From assembly GCA_963702535.1 (NCBI GenBank), contig CAVPDG010000022.1:31691-95690 (forward strand): 64,000 nucleotides of DNA, given 5' to 3'. Both the position numbers and the translations under genes were made by a program. Position 1 is the first letter of the stretch. Each line of letters starts with the position of its first letter. This DNA is from an uncultured Chloroflexia bacterium (lineage in GTDB: Bacteria; Chloroflexota; Anaerolineae; Anaerolineales; UBA4823). The notes under the pieces are model-generated. The model did not search any database. It had not been told where the DNA came from and worked only from the letters and a program-made list of their open reading frames with translations. Positions 29,780-38,993 of this stretch are shown one piece after another.

Positions 29780-32365
29780 ATGACTCTCCTGCGCTTATTG
29801 ATCCTTCGTTCGCTGCGCTCCCGCCCGCTGCGCACCCTTTTGAGCGGCTTTGGCATCGTCCTCGGCGTTGCAACCATCCTCGCCATCAGCATTACCAACC
29901 AGACCGCCCTGGAATCCGTCACGCGCCTGTTCAAAGACACCTCCGGCAAGGCAAACCTGGTCGTCTCCAGCGCCGACGCCGAGGCGGGCGGCTTCTCCAC
30001 AAGCGCACTGCAGCGCATCAAAGCCGTCCCTGGCCTGGCGGCAGCAGTCCCTTCCGTCCACGTCCAGACCAGCCTGGTTGAAGACGCCGGTCAAGCGCAG
30101 ATCGGTCTCAACTTCTTCGGCGCCAGCGCCGGCGGGCTCACCCTCTATGGCATCGACCCCCTGCTCGACCCGCAAGCGCGTGAATACAAGATCGTCGCCG
30201 GCGAGTTCCTCTCCCCGCAGGGTCAGGGCGACCAGGTCGTTCTGGTCAAGAGCTTCGCCGATGAGAACGAGATCGAGTTGGGCAAGTCCGTCGCCATCAT
30301 CACCGACAGCGGCGTTGAAAAGCTGCGCGTGGTTGGCTTGATGGCAAAGGAAGGTCCCGGGCAGCTCAACAACGGCAACTTTGGCGTCATCCCCCTCGAG
30401 ACCGCTCAGAAGCTCTTCTACCGCAACAACAAGCTGGACCAGATCGATTTAATCGCCTCCCCCGAGAACACCAGCACCGAAGCCCTCGCCAGCCTACGCT
30501 CCAGCCTGCAAGCCGCTCTGGGGAACGAGTACACCGTCACCTATCCCGCCTCGCAGGGTCAGCGTATGACCCAGATGCTTGGCAGCTACCAGATCGGTCT
30601 GAACTTCTTGAGCGGCATGGCGCTCTTCGTAGGCGCCTTCCTCATCTACAACGCCTTCTCCATGACCGTGGTGGAGCGCACGCGTGAGTTCGGCATGCTG
30701 CGCACCGTCGGCATGACGCGTGCCCAGGTCACCCGCCAGGTATTGCTGGAAGCCGCCACCCTTGGCTTTCTCGGCTCGATTTTAGGCATCGGGCTGGGCA
30801 TCCTCCTGGCGCGTGGCCTCACCAGCCTGATGGAGGTCATGCTCTCGCAGGACCTCTCCAGCATCGCCATCCCCCAGGGCGTGGTGCTCACCAGCATGGC
30901 GATCGGCATCCTGGTTACCCTGGTATCAGCGGCTATCCCCGCCCTGCAGGCCGGGCGCATCTCCCCTCTGGAAGCCCTGCGCGTGCGCGGCGTGGGTAAG
31001 GAAGGCTGGCTGATCCGCAAGGGCTGGATCCCGGGCGCGGTGCTGCTGGCGTTTTCAGCAGTCATCCTGGTCATCAACCCTTTCCCTTATGACGTCCAGT
31101 TCCGCATGGGCAGCATGGTGGTCTTCTCGCTCTTCCTGGGCGGCACGCTGATGATCCCCGCCAGCGTTAACTTCTGGGAGCGCAGCCTGCGTCCCGTCAT
31201 CCGCCTCTTCTATGGCAATAGCGGGCGCCTGGGCAGCAGCAACATCCAGCGCGCCAAGCTGCGCACTACCCTCACCGCTGGCGCGTTGATGATCGGCGTT
31301 TCCATGATCATCGTCGTCTGGGTCATGACCGACTCCTTCAAGGGCGACCTGGACAAGTGGCTGAAAGGCTATATCGGCGGCGACCTGTACGTCGCCTCCA
31401 GCCTGCCCCTGGGTCGGGATGTCTGGAAGCGCCTGGAAGCCGTCGAAGGCGTGGCTGCCGCCGCTCCGGTGCGCTACTTCGATGTTGAATGGCGCACGCC
31501 CGCCGGTGAAAAAGAAAAGCTGGCCTACATGGGCATCGACCCCGCCAGTCACAGCCAGGTGACAACGTTCATCTTCAGCCAGCCCAATACCGATGCCTTC
31601 TCAGCCCTCCAGCAGCTGGCGGATGGCGATGCCGTCTTCATATCCAGCGTCATCGCCGAGAAGTACGGCCTCCAGGCCGGTGATTCCATCATGCTGCTCA
31701 CCAAGACCGGCGAGAAACCCTTCAAAGTGGCTGCCGTGGTGGTCGATTACTACAACCAGGGTCTGGTGGTTACCGGCAGTTGGGTGGACATGGGGCGCTA
31801 TTTCCGCCAGAAGGACGCCAACGCCTTCCTCATCAAGGTCGCCTCTGGCTACGATATCGACCAGGTTGGGCAGCGCATCGATGACCTCTATGGCAAGCGC
31901 GACCAGCTCATCGTCGAATCCAACCAGGCGCTCCTGCAGCGCGTCTCCGGTCTCATGCAGAATGCCTTCAGCATGTTCGATGTGCTCGCCCTTATCGCCA
32001 TGCTGGTGGGCTTTATGGGCATCATGAACACCCTCACGATGAATGTCATGGAGCGCACCCAGGAGATCGGAATGCTGCGCGGCGTGGGTATGACCCGCCT
32101 GCAGGTCCTGGTGATGATCCTGGCAGAAGCAGTGCAGATCGGCTTGCTCGGCGGCGTGCTCGGGCTGGCTTTTGGCGTGATCCTTTCACGTATCCTGATG
32201 GCAGCCATGAAAGCCATGTCGGGCTACACCCTGGCTTATGTCCTGCCCCTGGAGCGCGTCCTGCTTGCCATCGTCATGGCGGTGGTCATCTCGCAGCTTG
32301 CCGCTCTCTTCCCCGCCCTCAAAGCTGCCCGCACCCGCATCCTGGAAGCCATCCAGTACGAGTGA
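29780..32365 (+). CDS. FtsX-like/MacB-type ABC permease (duplicated)
   Basis: Two MacB-PCD plus FtsX repeats, with ERTREFGMLRTVG and ERTQEIGMLRGVG. Confidence 0.9.
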   Translation: MTLLRLLILRSLRSRPLRTLLSGFGIVLGVATILAISITNQTALESVTRLFKDTSGKANLVVSSADAEAGGFSTSALQRIKAVPGLAAAVPSVHVQTSLVEDAGQAQIGLNFFGASAGGLTLYGIDPLLDPQAREYKIVAGEFLSPQGQGDQVVLVKSFADENEIELGKSVAIITDSGVEKLRVVGLMAKEGPGQLNNGNFGVIPLETAQKLFYRNNKLDQIDLIASPENTSTEALASLRSSLQAALGNEYTVTYPASQGQRMTQMLGSYQIGLNFLSGMALFVGAFLIYNAFSMTVVERTREFGMLRTVGMTRAQVTRQVLLEAATLGFLGSILGIGLGILLARGLTSLMEVMLSQDLSSIAIPQGVVLTSMAIGILVTLVSAAIPALQAGRISPLEALRVRGVGKEGWLIRKGWIPGAVLLAFSAVILVINPFPYDVQFRMGSMVVFSLFLGGTLMIPASVNFWERSLRPVIRLFYGNSGRLGSSNIQRAKLRTTLTAGALMIGVSMIIVVWVMTDSFKGDLDKWLKGYIGGDLYVASSLPLGRDVWKRLEAVEGVAAAAPVRYFDVEWRTPAGEKEKLAYMGIDPASHSQVTTFIFSQPNTDAFSALQQLADGDAVFISSVIAEKYGLQAGDSIMLLTKTGEKPFKVAAVVVDYYNQGLVVTGSWVDMGRYFRQKDANAFLIKVASGYDIDQVGQRIDDLYGKRDQLIVESNQALLQRVSGLMQNAFSMFDVLALIAMLVGFMGIMNTLTMNVMERTQEIGMLRGVGMTRLQVLVMILAEAVQIGLLGGVLGLAFGVILSRILMAAMKAMSGYTLAYVLPLERVLLAIVMAVVISQLAALFPALKAARTRILEAIQYE

Positions 32366-32411
32366 ACCCCAATTTTCGGGAGCATTCCAGACCAACTGCG
32401 TATCTCCTCCG

Positions 32412-33413
32412 TCAATCTGCTTTACCCACAACGCTGCCATCCGCAGTAATATTGCTCACCCCGGCGAGCCCTGAATAGGCGATTGCCAGCGCCTCCGCCC
32501 GCAGCGTCTCACCCGCCTCCAGGTGGGCGCACGTCCCGTTCTGCCGCGCCACGTCCAGGTCATAGGGGTATCCGGTCGAGGCTTCCAGGATCAGCGTATG
32601 CAATCCCCGCCAGCCGCCGAATGTCCGGAACAGCCACACGTGCGGGAAGACCTGTGTGGGGAAGGTCAGCGCAAAGCCCACCCTCGCCCGGCGGTCAGTC
32701 ACCGCGTACCAGCCCTGCTCCACATCCACCAGGTAGTGCATGTCGGCGATCCCCGCATCCGCCGCAAGCACCTGCCTCAGGTCGACCATCCTGCCTTGCC
32801 GGTCGCGGGCGTAAGGCCACTCGAAGCGCCCCCCGCCCGGGAACTGCTCCTCGCGCCAGGCATCCGTGATCCCCTGGCGCGCCGGCACGTCCAGCCAGGA
32901 ATCCGCCGAGATCGCCAGCGGCGGGTGGATGTTCCACAGGAAGTCGATCGGCGCCGGTTCCTGGTTATGGTAGGCGTAGCTCAGGCGGGCGTGCGGCGCC
33001 CCTGCCTCCAGGCAGATCGTCTTCTCGAAGCGCGTTGCCAGCACCCGCCCGTAGCTGCTGAAGCGCACCTCGACGCGCTGCTCCGTCGCCGCCACCACCT
33101 CCCACTCCGCCGCCTGCGACCAGAACTCCCCGTGGTCTGGCAACAGGTCTCCGCCTGGCGCGGCGCGCGGCAGGTCGTTGGGCAGCAGCTCGTCCCACCC
33201 CCCGCTCCAGTTGTCGTCGAACCCCGCCCCGTAATGCTGGCGGGCGGGCGGCAGAGTCGGGTTGTGCCACAGCAGGTTGTGCCCCGACGGCTTGTGGACG
33301 AAGTTGTAGATCTTCGCCCCCAGCTCGGGCAGCACGTCGATGCACAGCAGGTCGTTCTCCAGGCGCACCACCTGCAAGCCGCGGTACTGCCAGTTTGTAT
33401 CCAGTTGTAGCAC
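32412..33413 (-). CDS. Galactose mutarotase-like (aldose 1-epimerase/DUF5107-like) protein
   Basis: LENDLL..LPELGAKI, GGWDELLP, PDHGE, WNIHP. Confidence 0.7.
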   Translation of the reverse strand: MLQLDTNWQYRGLQVVRLENDLLCIDVLPELGAKIYNFVHKPSGHNLLWHNPTLPPARQHYGAGFDDNWSGGWDELLPNDLPRAAPGGDLLPDHGEFWSQAAEWEVVAATEQRVEVRFSSYGRVLATRFEKTICLEAGAPHARLSYAYHNQEPAPIDFLWNIHPPLAISADSWLDVPARQGITDAWREEQFPGGGRFEWPYARDRQGRMVDLRQVLAADAGIADMHYLVDVEQGWYAVTDRRARVGFALTFPTQVFPHVWLFRTFGGWRGLHTLILEASTGYPYDLDVARQNGTCAHLEAGETLRAEALAIAYSGLAGVSNITADGSVVGKAD

Positions 33414-34272
33414 CTAGCCCTCCACCTGTACCACCCGGTTGCTGATGCGCCCGATGCCCTCCACCTCGCACGCCACCACGTCGCCCGGCTTGAGGAACTC
33501 CGGCGGCGTGCGCGCGTAGCCCACCCCGCTGGGCGTGCCGGTCGAGAGGATATCCCCCGGCAGCAGCGTCATGCCGCGTGACAGCCATTCGATCAGCGCC
33601 GGGATGTCGAAGATCAGGTCGCCCGATGTCGATTTCCTGCTTCAGCTCGCCGTTCACCCAGCAGCGCAGAACCAGACTGTGCGGGTCGGGGATCTCATCT
33701 CTGGTGACGATCGCCGGTCCCATCGGGCAGCTCCCGTCCAGCGACTTGCCCTTGAAGAATTGCTGGTGGCTCACCTGAAGATCGCGGGCGCTGATGTCGT
33801 TCAGCACCGTGTAGCCGAAGATGTAATCGAAAGCCTGCGCGCGGGTGATGTTCTTGCCCTGCTTGCCGATCACCACCGCCAGCTCCACCTCCCAATCCAG
33901 CTTCGCCGAAACACCTGGGTCGAAGGGGATGTGCCCGAACGGCGCGTTCACCGTCGTCGTCGCCTTGGTGAAGAACACCGGCGTCTCCGGCATCTTGATC
34001 GGCAGGCTCTTGGCGCGCAGGCTCTCCGCGGCGTGCGCGGCGTAGTTCATCCCCAGGCATACGATGTTGCGTCGCGGCTGCGGGATCGGCGCCAGCAGCG
34101 TTAACGACTTCAAAGCCAGCTCGGTCTCCGCCGCAGCCGCCGCCCTGGCTAAGCCCGCCTCCCCCTGGCGGATCAGCTCCAGCATGTCCATCCCGGGCAC
34201 AGGTCGCACCCGCTCGCCGTTTAGCACGCCGACACTCGGTCCTTCCGCAGACTGGTATGTAATTAATCGCAT
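33414..34272 (-). CDS. Fumarylacetoacetate hydrolase family protein; frameshift near 33630
   Basis: CLGMNY, PVFFTK, DWEVEL, NDISARD, GKSLD; the C-terminus (TGTPSGVG) is in a shifted frame ending TAG at 33414. Confidence 0.88.
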
Positions 34273-34344
34273 ATCAACTCCTTATCTGGTCCTTAGTTGA
34301 CAGTCACCTGCCAGGTGACTGTCAACGGATATCGTCATGCGCGA

Positions 34345-34890
34345 CTATCGCCGAAAAAACCTCTTCCATATCGCCGCTCCCAGCGCCGCCAGCAGCAGCG
34401 CGAAGCTCGCCGCGATGAAACCCCACTTCAGCAGCGTGAAGACCCCCGCCAGCGCATCGAGCACAGGCGTGGGCTGCGGGAAGCGGACCATCACCAGCGA
34501 GGTGGCGATATTCTCCAAGAAGTCGAAGAGCATCCCCAGCACCGGCGCCAGGTTGGCGAGCTGCCAGCGGCTACTCGGTCGGAATGCCTTGCCGCACAGC
34601 CAGCTGATGGAAGTGACCAGGAAGAAGGTGTACACCAGCGGCCAGGCAACATCGAAGGTGAAGCGAGCGCGCACGTAGTCCTGCCTGCCCTGCTCGCCGT
34701 ACGCCTCCGCCCAGCGGTACAGGTCGCCCCTTGTGTAAAACAGCGAAAGATCGGGCGTCCCCGCCTCGCTCGGCTGTGGGCGGGACTGGCGTGGCAGTAC
34801 CAGCGCGCTGAACAAAATGAAGATAAGCAGCGCCGCCAGCGCCACCCTGCCCGTAGAATAGTATTGTAACCAGCGTGAAAGGCGTGTCAT
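34345..34890 (-). CDS. Hypothetical 4-TM membrane protein
   Basis: PDLSLFYT..YGEQGR..D..WPLVY..DFLEN..LKW; hydrophobic helices. Confidence 0.7.
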   Translation of the reverse strand: MTRLSRWLQYYSTGRVALAALLIFILFSALVLPRQSRPQPSEAGTPDLSLFYTRGDLYRWAEAYGEQGRQDYVRARFTFDVAWPLVYTFFLVTSISWLCGKAFRPSSRWQLANLAPVLGMLFDFLENIATSLVMVRFPQPTPVLDALAGVFTLLKWGFIAASFALLLAALGAAIWKRFFRR

Positions 34891-34929
34891 TAGAGCCTTA
34901 TTGTAATAGGTTAAGAGGAGCTACGCCAC

Positions 34930-35691
34930 TCACCACACCCCGGGTATCAGGGCTTTCCTCTCCGGCGGGTAATCAGGAAAGTGTTCCCGATACCACTGGT
35001 GGTGGGAGCGAGCGCGCGGCGCCAGGTTGGCAAAGGTCCACACGGCGAACGTCAGCCCCGCCAGGCTCCAGGTTGCCAGCGCCCAGCCGCTCCATTCGAT
35101 GATCTCCCCCAGGTAATTGGGGCATGACACCCGCTCGAACAACCCCCCGTGCGGGATCTTGTAGCCCATCTCGCCCGGCGCCCGCAGTTGGCGCAGCCTG
35201 CGGTCCGCCCGCCGGTTGAGTGCGAAACCCGCCACGAACAGCGCCGCCCCGCAGATGAAGCGCGGGTCTGCCAGCCACTTCAGGGGATAGCCGCCCGAGA
35301 GCGAGAACAGGTAGGCGCCGTTGAGGGTCGCGTTGCCAGAGTTGAAGACGAACCCCATCAGGATCACAACCACCGGCATCTTCTTCCTGCCGTCGGCAAT
35401 CTGGAAGGGGTAGATGAAAGCCCGGTGGATATAGTGCGCTTCCCACAACCCCAGGAATACGAAAGCCGTCAGGTTCTTGGGTGCGCTGCCGGTGATAAAA
35501 AAGTAGGCGAAAACCAGCGCCGCCGGGGCTTCCATGATCACCCAGCCGGTGTGGTTCGGCACAGCCGGACCCCATTCCCGGCGCACGTGCCGCCCGTAGG
35601 GGGCGCTGATGAAGAACAGCGCGGCGAAGATGACCCCCGCCAGCACGAAGCTCAGCCGCAGCAGGGCATTGTACACGACAGGGCTAATCAT
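34930..35691 (-). CDS. 3-oxo-5-alpha-steroid 4-dehydrogenase (steroid 5-alpha-reductase)-like membrane protein
   Basis: APYGRH, GWVIMEAP, HYIHRAFIYP, YKIPHGGLF, CPNYLGEIIEW, NLAPRARSHHQWY, RKALIP. Confidence 0.9.
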   Translation of the reverse strand: MISPVVYNALLRLSFVLAGVIFAALFFISAPYGRHVRREWGPAVPNHTGWVIMEAPAALVFAYFFITGSAPKNLTAFVFLGLWEAHYIHRAFIYPFQIADGRKKMPVVVILMGFVFNSGNATLNGAYLFSLSGGYPLKWLADPRFICGAALFVAGFALNRRADRRLRQLRAPGEMGYKIPHGGLFERVSCPNYLGEIIEWSGWALATWSLAGLTFAVWTFANLAPRARSHHQWYREHFPDYPPERKALIPGVW

Positions 35692-36686
35692 GCCCGGCGC
35701 TCCTTCTCCCTCGCAGGTAGCCATTCTGCGCGAACCAGTCCAGCGTATCTCTCAGCGTCTCTTCCAGCGGGCGCGGCTGGTAGCCCAGACTCGCGGCTGG
35801 CTTTGGCGTGGCTGATCTGCCGGTTGCTCTTCAGGGCGTCCAGCGTCAGGCGGGTGTAGATCGGCTGCGAGTTGTTGAAGCTCGCCAGGGCGGACATCAA
35901 CGGCGCTGCCAGGTAAGCCAATCCGGTGGGCACGGTGAGCAGCGGCGCCTTTCTGCCGCTTAGCTCCGCCGTCATCTCGGCGATCTGCCGCACCGAGCGC
36001 CACTGCCCGGAGAGGATGTAGCTCGCCCCGCTTTCAGCCATCGCTTCAGCCTGTACCGCCGCCTGGACCACGTCGCGCACGTCCACCCAGTCGAAGCCGC
36101 CCCGCACCAGCGCCGGGACATGCCCCTTTGCCAGCGCCAATAGCGCCTTGCCGATGTACGAGGGGTAGTAATCGTAGGGACCGATCATGGCGGTCGGTTG
36201 CAGGATCACCACCTCCAGCCCGCCCCGCATGCCTTCCAGCGCGACCAGCTCGCCCTGCGCTTTGGAGCGGTCGTAAGGCGAGTGGTTGTCTGCGGCGACG
36301 CGCCGCCGTCCCTCATCCAGGGGCTGGTCCAGCGGCGCCTGCTCCAGGGCGTGGATCGAGCTGAAATGCACCAGCCGGCGCACCCCACATGCCAGGCATG
36401 CCTCCACCACGTTGCGCGTCCCTTGCACGTTGGTCGCTTCGGTCTCGGCTAAATCCTTCGTGCCCAGCGAGATGCGCGCCGCCAGGTGATAGACGACATC
36501 CGCTCCCGCCAGCGCCTTGCGCAGCGAGGCTGGATCGCGAATATCCGCCTGCACCAGCTCAATGTCCAGCCCTTCCACTGCCCGCCGGTCGCGGTGCACC
36601 AAGCCGCGCACCTGCCGTCCCTGCTCCAACAGCAGCCGGATTAAGTTAGCGCCCGTCAGCCCATTCACGCCGGTGATGACAACCAT
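35688..36686 (-). CDS. Extended SDR, NAD-dependent epimerase/3-beta-HSD (HpnA-like); probable C-terminal frameshift
   Basis: ITGVNGLTG, VYHLAA, HFSS, YDRSK, GGFDWVDVRDV. Confidence 0.85.
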   Translation of the reverse strand: MVVITGVNGLTGANLIRLLLEQGRQVRGLVHRDRRAVEGLDIELVQADIRDPASLRKALAGADVVYHLAARISLGTKDLAETEATNVQGTRNVVEACLACGVRRLVHFSSIHALEQAPLDQPLDEGRRRVAADNHSPYDRSKAQGELVALEGMRGGLEVVILQPTAMIGPYDYYPSYIGKALLALAKGHVPALVRGGFDWVDVRDVVQAAVQAEAMAESGASYILSGQWRSVRQIAEMTAELSGRKAPLLTVPTGLAYLAAPLMSALASFNNSQPIYTRLTLDALKSNRQISHAKASRESGLPAAPAGRDAERYAGLVRAEWLPAREKERRA

Positions 36687-36814
36687 ACGCTATGCTTAAC
36701 CCTTCTAACACAAATAGACGCGCGGAAATACCTGACAATCGCGCGAGTATAATCGAGAGGCGCTCGTACAGAATCGAGCGGGATGTCTTTCTTGAGGTCG
36801 GTAGGATGGCTAAA

Positions 36815-38752
36815 ATGTGGTGGCGCGTTGGACTGTTGACCTGCTTTCTGCTCTCGGGATTGTTTGCGCCGGGAGGGCGACACGCCGCGGCGGCTCCCGC
36901 TGCCGGACCGGTGGTCACGGGGGTCGCCACCAACCTGGCGGATTATCCGGACGGACGGGTGCCGCGCTACGAGAAGCTCGAGGTCAGCCTCACCCTCGCT
37001 GGGTCCTACGCCAACCCCTTCGACCCGGCGCAGATCCGCGTGGATGGCGTTTTCACAACACCCGGCGGCGCCGTCCTCGTCCAGCCCGGCTTTTATTACC
37101 AGGCGTACCAGCTCACCACCGTCAACGGCGTCGAGACCTACACCCCCAGCGGGAGCCCCGTCTGGAAGGTGCGCTTCTCCCCCCGAGAAGCGGGTCTCTA
37201 CCACTACTTCATCCGCCTGAGCGATGCAAGTGGCACCACCGATACTACACAGGCTTCCTTCCAGGTAGCAGCCTCAAACAATCCCGGCTTCATCTCCGTC
37301 TCCCCGAAGAACAGCCGCTACTTTGAGTTCGACAGCGGCACCCCGTTCATCGGTCTCGGATTGAACGTTGGCTGGTGGCAGTTCGAGAACCGCCGCATCT
37401 CCACCTACAACTATTACCTCAGCCGCATGCAGGAGTACCAAGCCAACCTGGCGCGCGTGTGGATGGTGAACAGCGGTCGTGACCAGGACTGGATCCTGTC
37501 CATCCAGGACCAGGACCTGGGCAGCAACTACAACCTGGAGGAAGCCTGGGCGTTCGATGCCATCCTTGACCTGGCTCACCAGAAGGGCGTCTACTTCCTG
37601 CTCACCCTGGACGACGTCAACCAGTACACCTACAACTGGTCAAGTAACGTGTATAGCAGCGACACGGGCGGTCCATGCGCCTACCGCTCCGCCATCTTCA
37701 CCGACACCGATGCCCGCCGCTACCAGGAGCGTATCTTCCGCTACATCGTCGCCCGCTGGGGCTACAGCCCCAACATCCTCTCCTGGGAGCTCTTCAACGA
37801 GATCGACGAGCTGCAGTGGTCCGACCAGGGTCACTGGGACTGGGGGGCGGTGATCGACTGGCACCAGGAAATGGCGCAGTACATCCGCTCCATAGACGCC
37901 CACCGCCACCTGGTCAATACCAGCACCGGCAGCTTCAAGACCCACCCCGACCTGTACGGCTTGCCCGAGCTGGGCTTCGCCGAGATGCACTTCTACTACG
38001 TCCCCGGCTGCTGCGATTATGCCCCCTCCGACCCCGCCGGGCGGGATATGGCTGACCTCACCCGCTACTACGCCCACCTGGCATACGGCAGCGTCAGCAG
38101 CAAGCCCAGCATCATCGGCGAGTGGGGGCTGTTGAACCAGGGCTGGGGTCCCTCGCCCTACCTGGAGGAGGACAGCTCCGGCGTCCACCTGCATAATGGG
38201 CTCTGGTCTGCGCTGATGAGCGGCATGGCAGCCACGGGTCTGAGCTGGCACTGGGATTACCACCACCAGCACGACCCCGCCTGGTGGCAGCACTACCGCC
38301 CGCTTGCCCGCTTTTTCCAGGGCATCGAAGTCCCCAACCTGGCGGTCATGAAGCCGCTCAACGTCAGCTTCGACCTGCCGGGCGGCGCTGACAACCGCCC
38401 GGATGCCTTTTCTTCCACCAACAGCAGCCTGCGCATCCTGGGCTTGCGCAGCGGCGATTGGGTCTACGCCTGGATGCAGAACAAGAACAACACCTGGTGG
38501 AACGCCACGCACGCCATCCCGCCCGGCGCCCAGTCTGGCACGGTGACGATCTACAACCTGACCCCCGGCAGGATGTTCATCGTCGAGTGGTGGGATACCT
38601 ACACCGACCAGCAAGTCACCAACACACAGGTGCTGGCTGCCCAGGCGAACGGCTCGCTCATCCTGGCGGTGAGCAACCTGGAAAAAGACGTCGCTATCAA
38701 GGTGCGCCCGGTGATCAACCCTCGCCTCTGGCTGAGCGTAGTCATGAAGTAG
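36815..38752 (+). CDS. Secreted DUF5060-domain / clan GH-A glycoside hydrolase
   Basis: Signal peptide, NPFDP..WKVRFSP, RYIVARWG..WELFNE (acid/base), IIGEWG (nucleophile); C-terminal LWLSVVMK. Confidence 0.75.
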   Translation: MWWRVGLLTCFLLSGLFAPGGRHAAAAPAAGPVVTGVATNLADYPDGRVPRYEKLEVSLTLAGSYANPFDPAQIRVDGVFTTPGGAVLVQPGFYYQAYQLTTVNGVETYTPSGSPVWKVRFSPREAGLYHYFIRLSDASGTTDTTQASFQVAASNNPGFISVSPKNSRYFEFDSGTPFIGLGLNVGWWQFENRRISTYNYYLSRMQEYQANLARVWMVNSGRDQDWILSIQDQDLGSNYNLEEAWAFDAILDLAHQKGVYFLLTLDDVNQYTYNWSSNVYSSDTGGPCAYRSAIFTDTDARRYQERIFRYIVARWGYSPNILSWELFNEIDELQWSDQGHWDWGAVIDWHQEMAQYIRSIDAHRHLVNTSTGSFKTHPDLYGLPELGFAEMHFYYVPGCCDYAPSDPAGRDMADLTRYYAHLAYGSVSSKPSIIGEWGLLNQGWGPSPYLEEDSSGVHLHNGLWSALMSGMAATGLSWHWDYHHQHDPAWWQHYRPLARFFQGIEVPNLAVMKPLNVSFDLPGGADNRPDAFSSTNSSLRILGLRSGDWVYAWMQNKNNTWWNATHAIPPGAQSGTVTIYNLTPGRMFIVEWWDTYTDQQVTNTQVLAAQANGSLILAVSNLEKDVAIKVRPVINPRLWLSVVMK

Positions 38753-38993
38753 CCTTACAGGTTCAGTTCAACAAAAGTACACCAAAAATGGGGGAACCGG
38801 CGGGCTACGCCCGCCATTTTTCGGAATTCTTTCGCTTAAAAGGGGCAGCTTGCGGAGAGCTTATATCACAGTCCCTTAACCGATTTGGAAGCATGCCTTA
38901 ATGAGGCGTCGTTGAAAGTTAATGTATAGTAATCACGCAACACTTATCCATGGGATTTGAAACGGCAAGCCAATTCAAGAGGTGTATCAAACT

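Noticed and set aside
38911-38952. dif-like (TAATGTATA) or DnaA-box-like (TTATCCATG) words near the skew change
   Set aside because: The XerD arm does not match, and there is only one imperfect DnaA-like box
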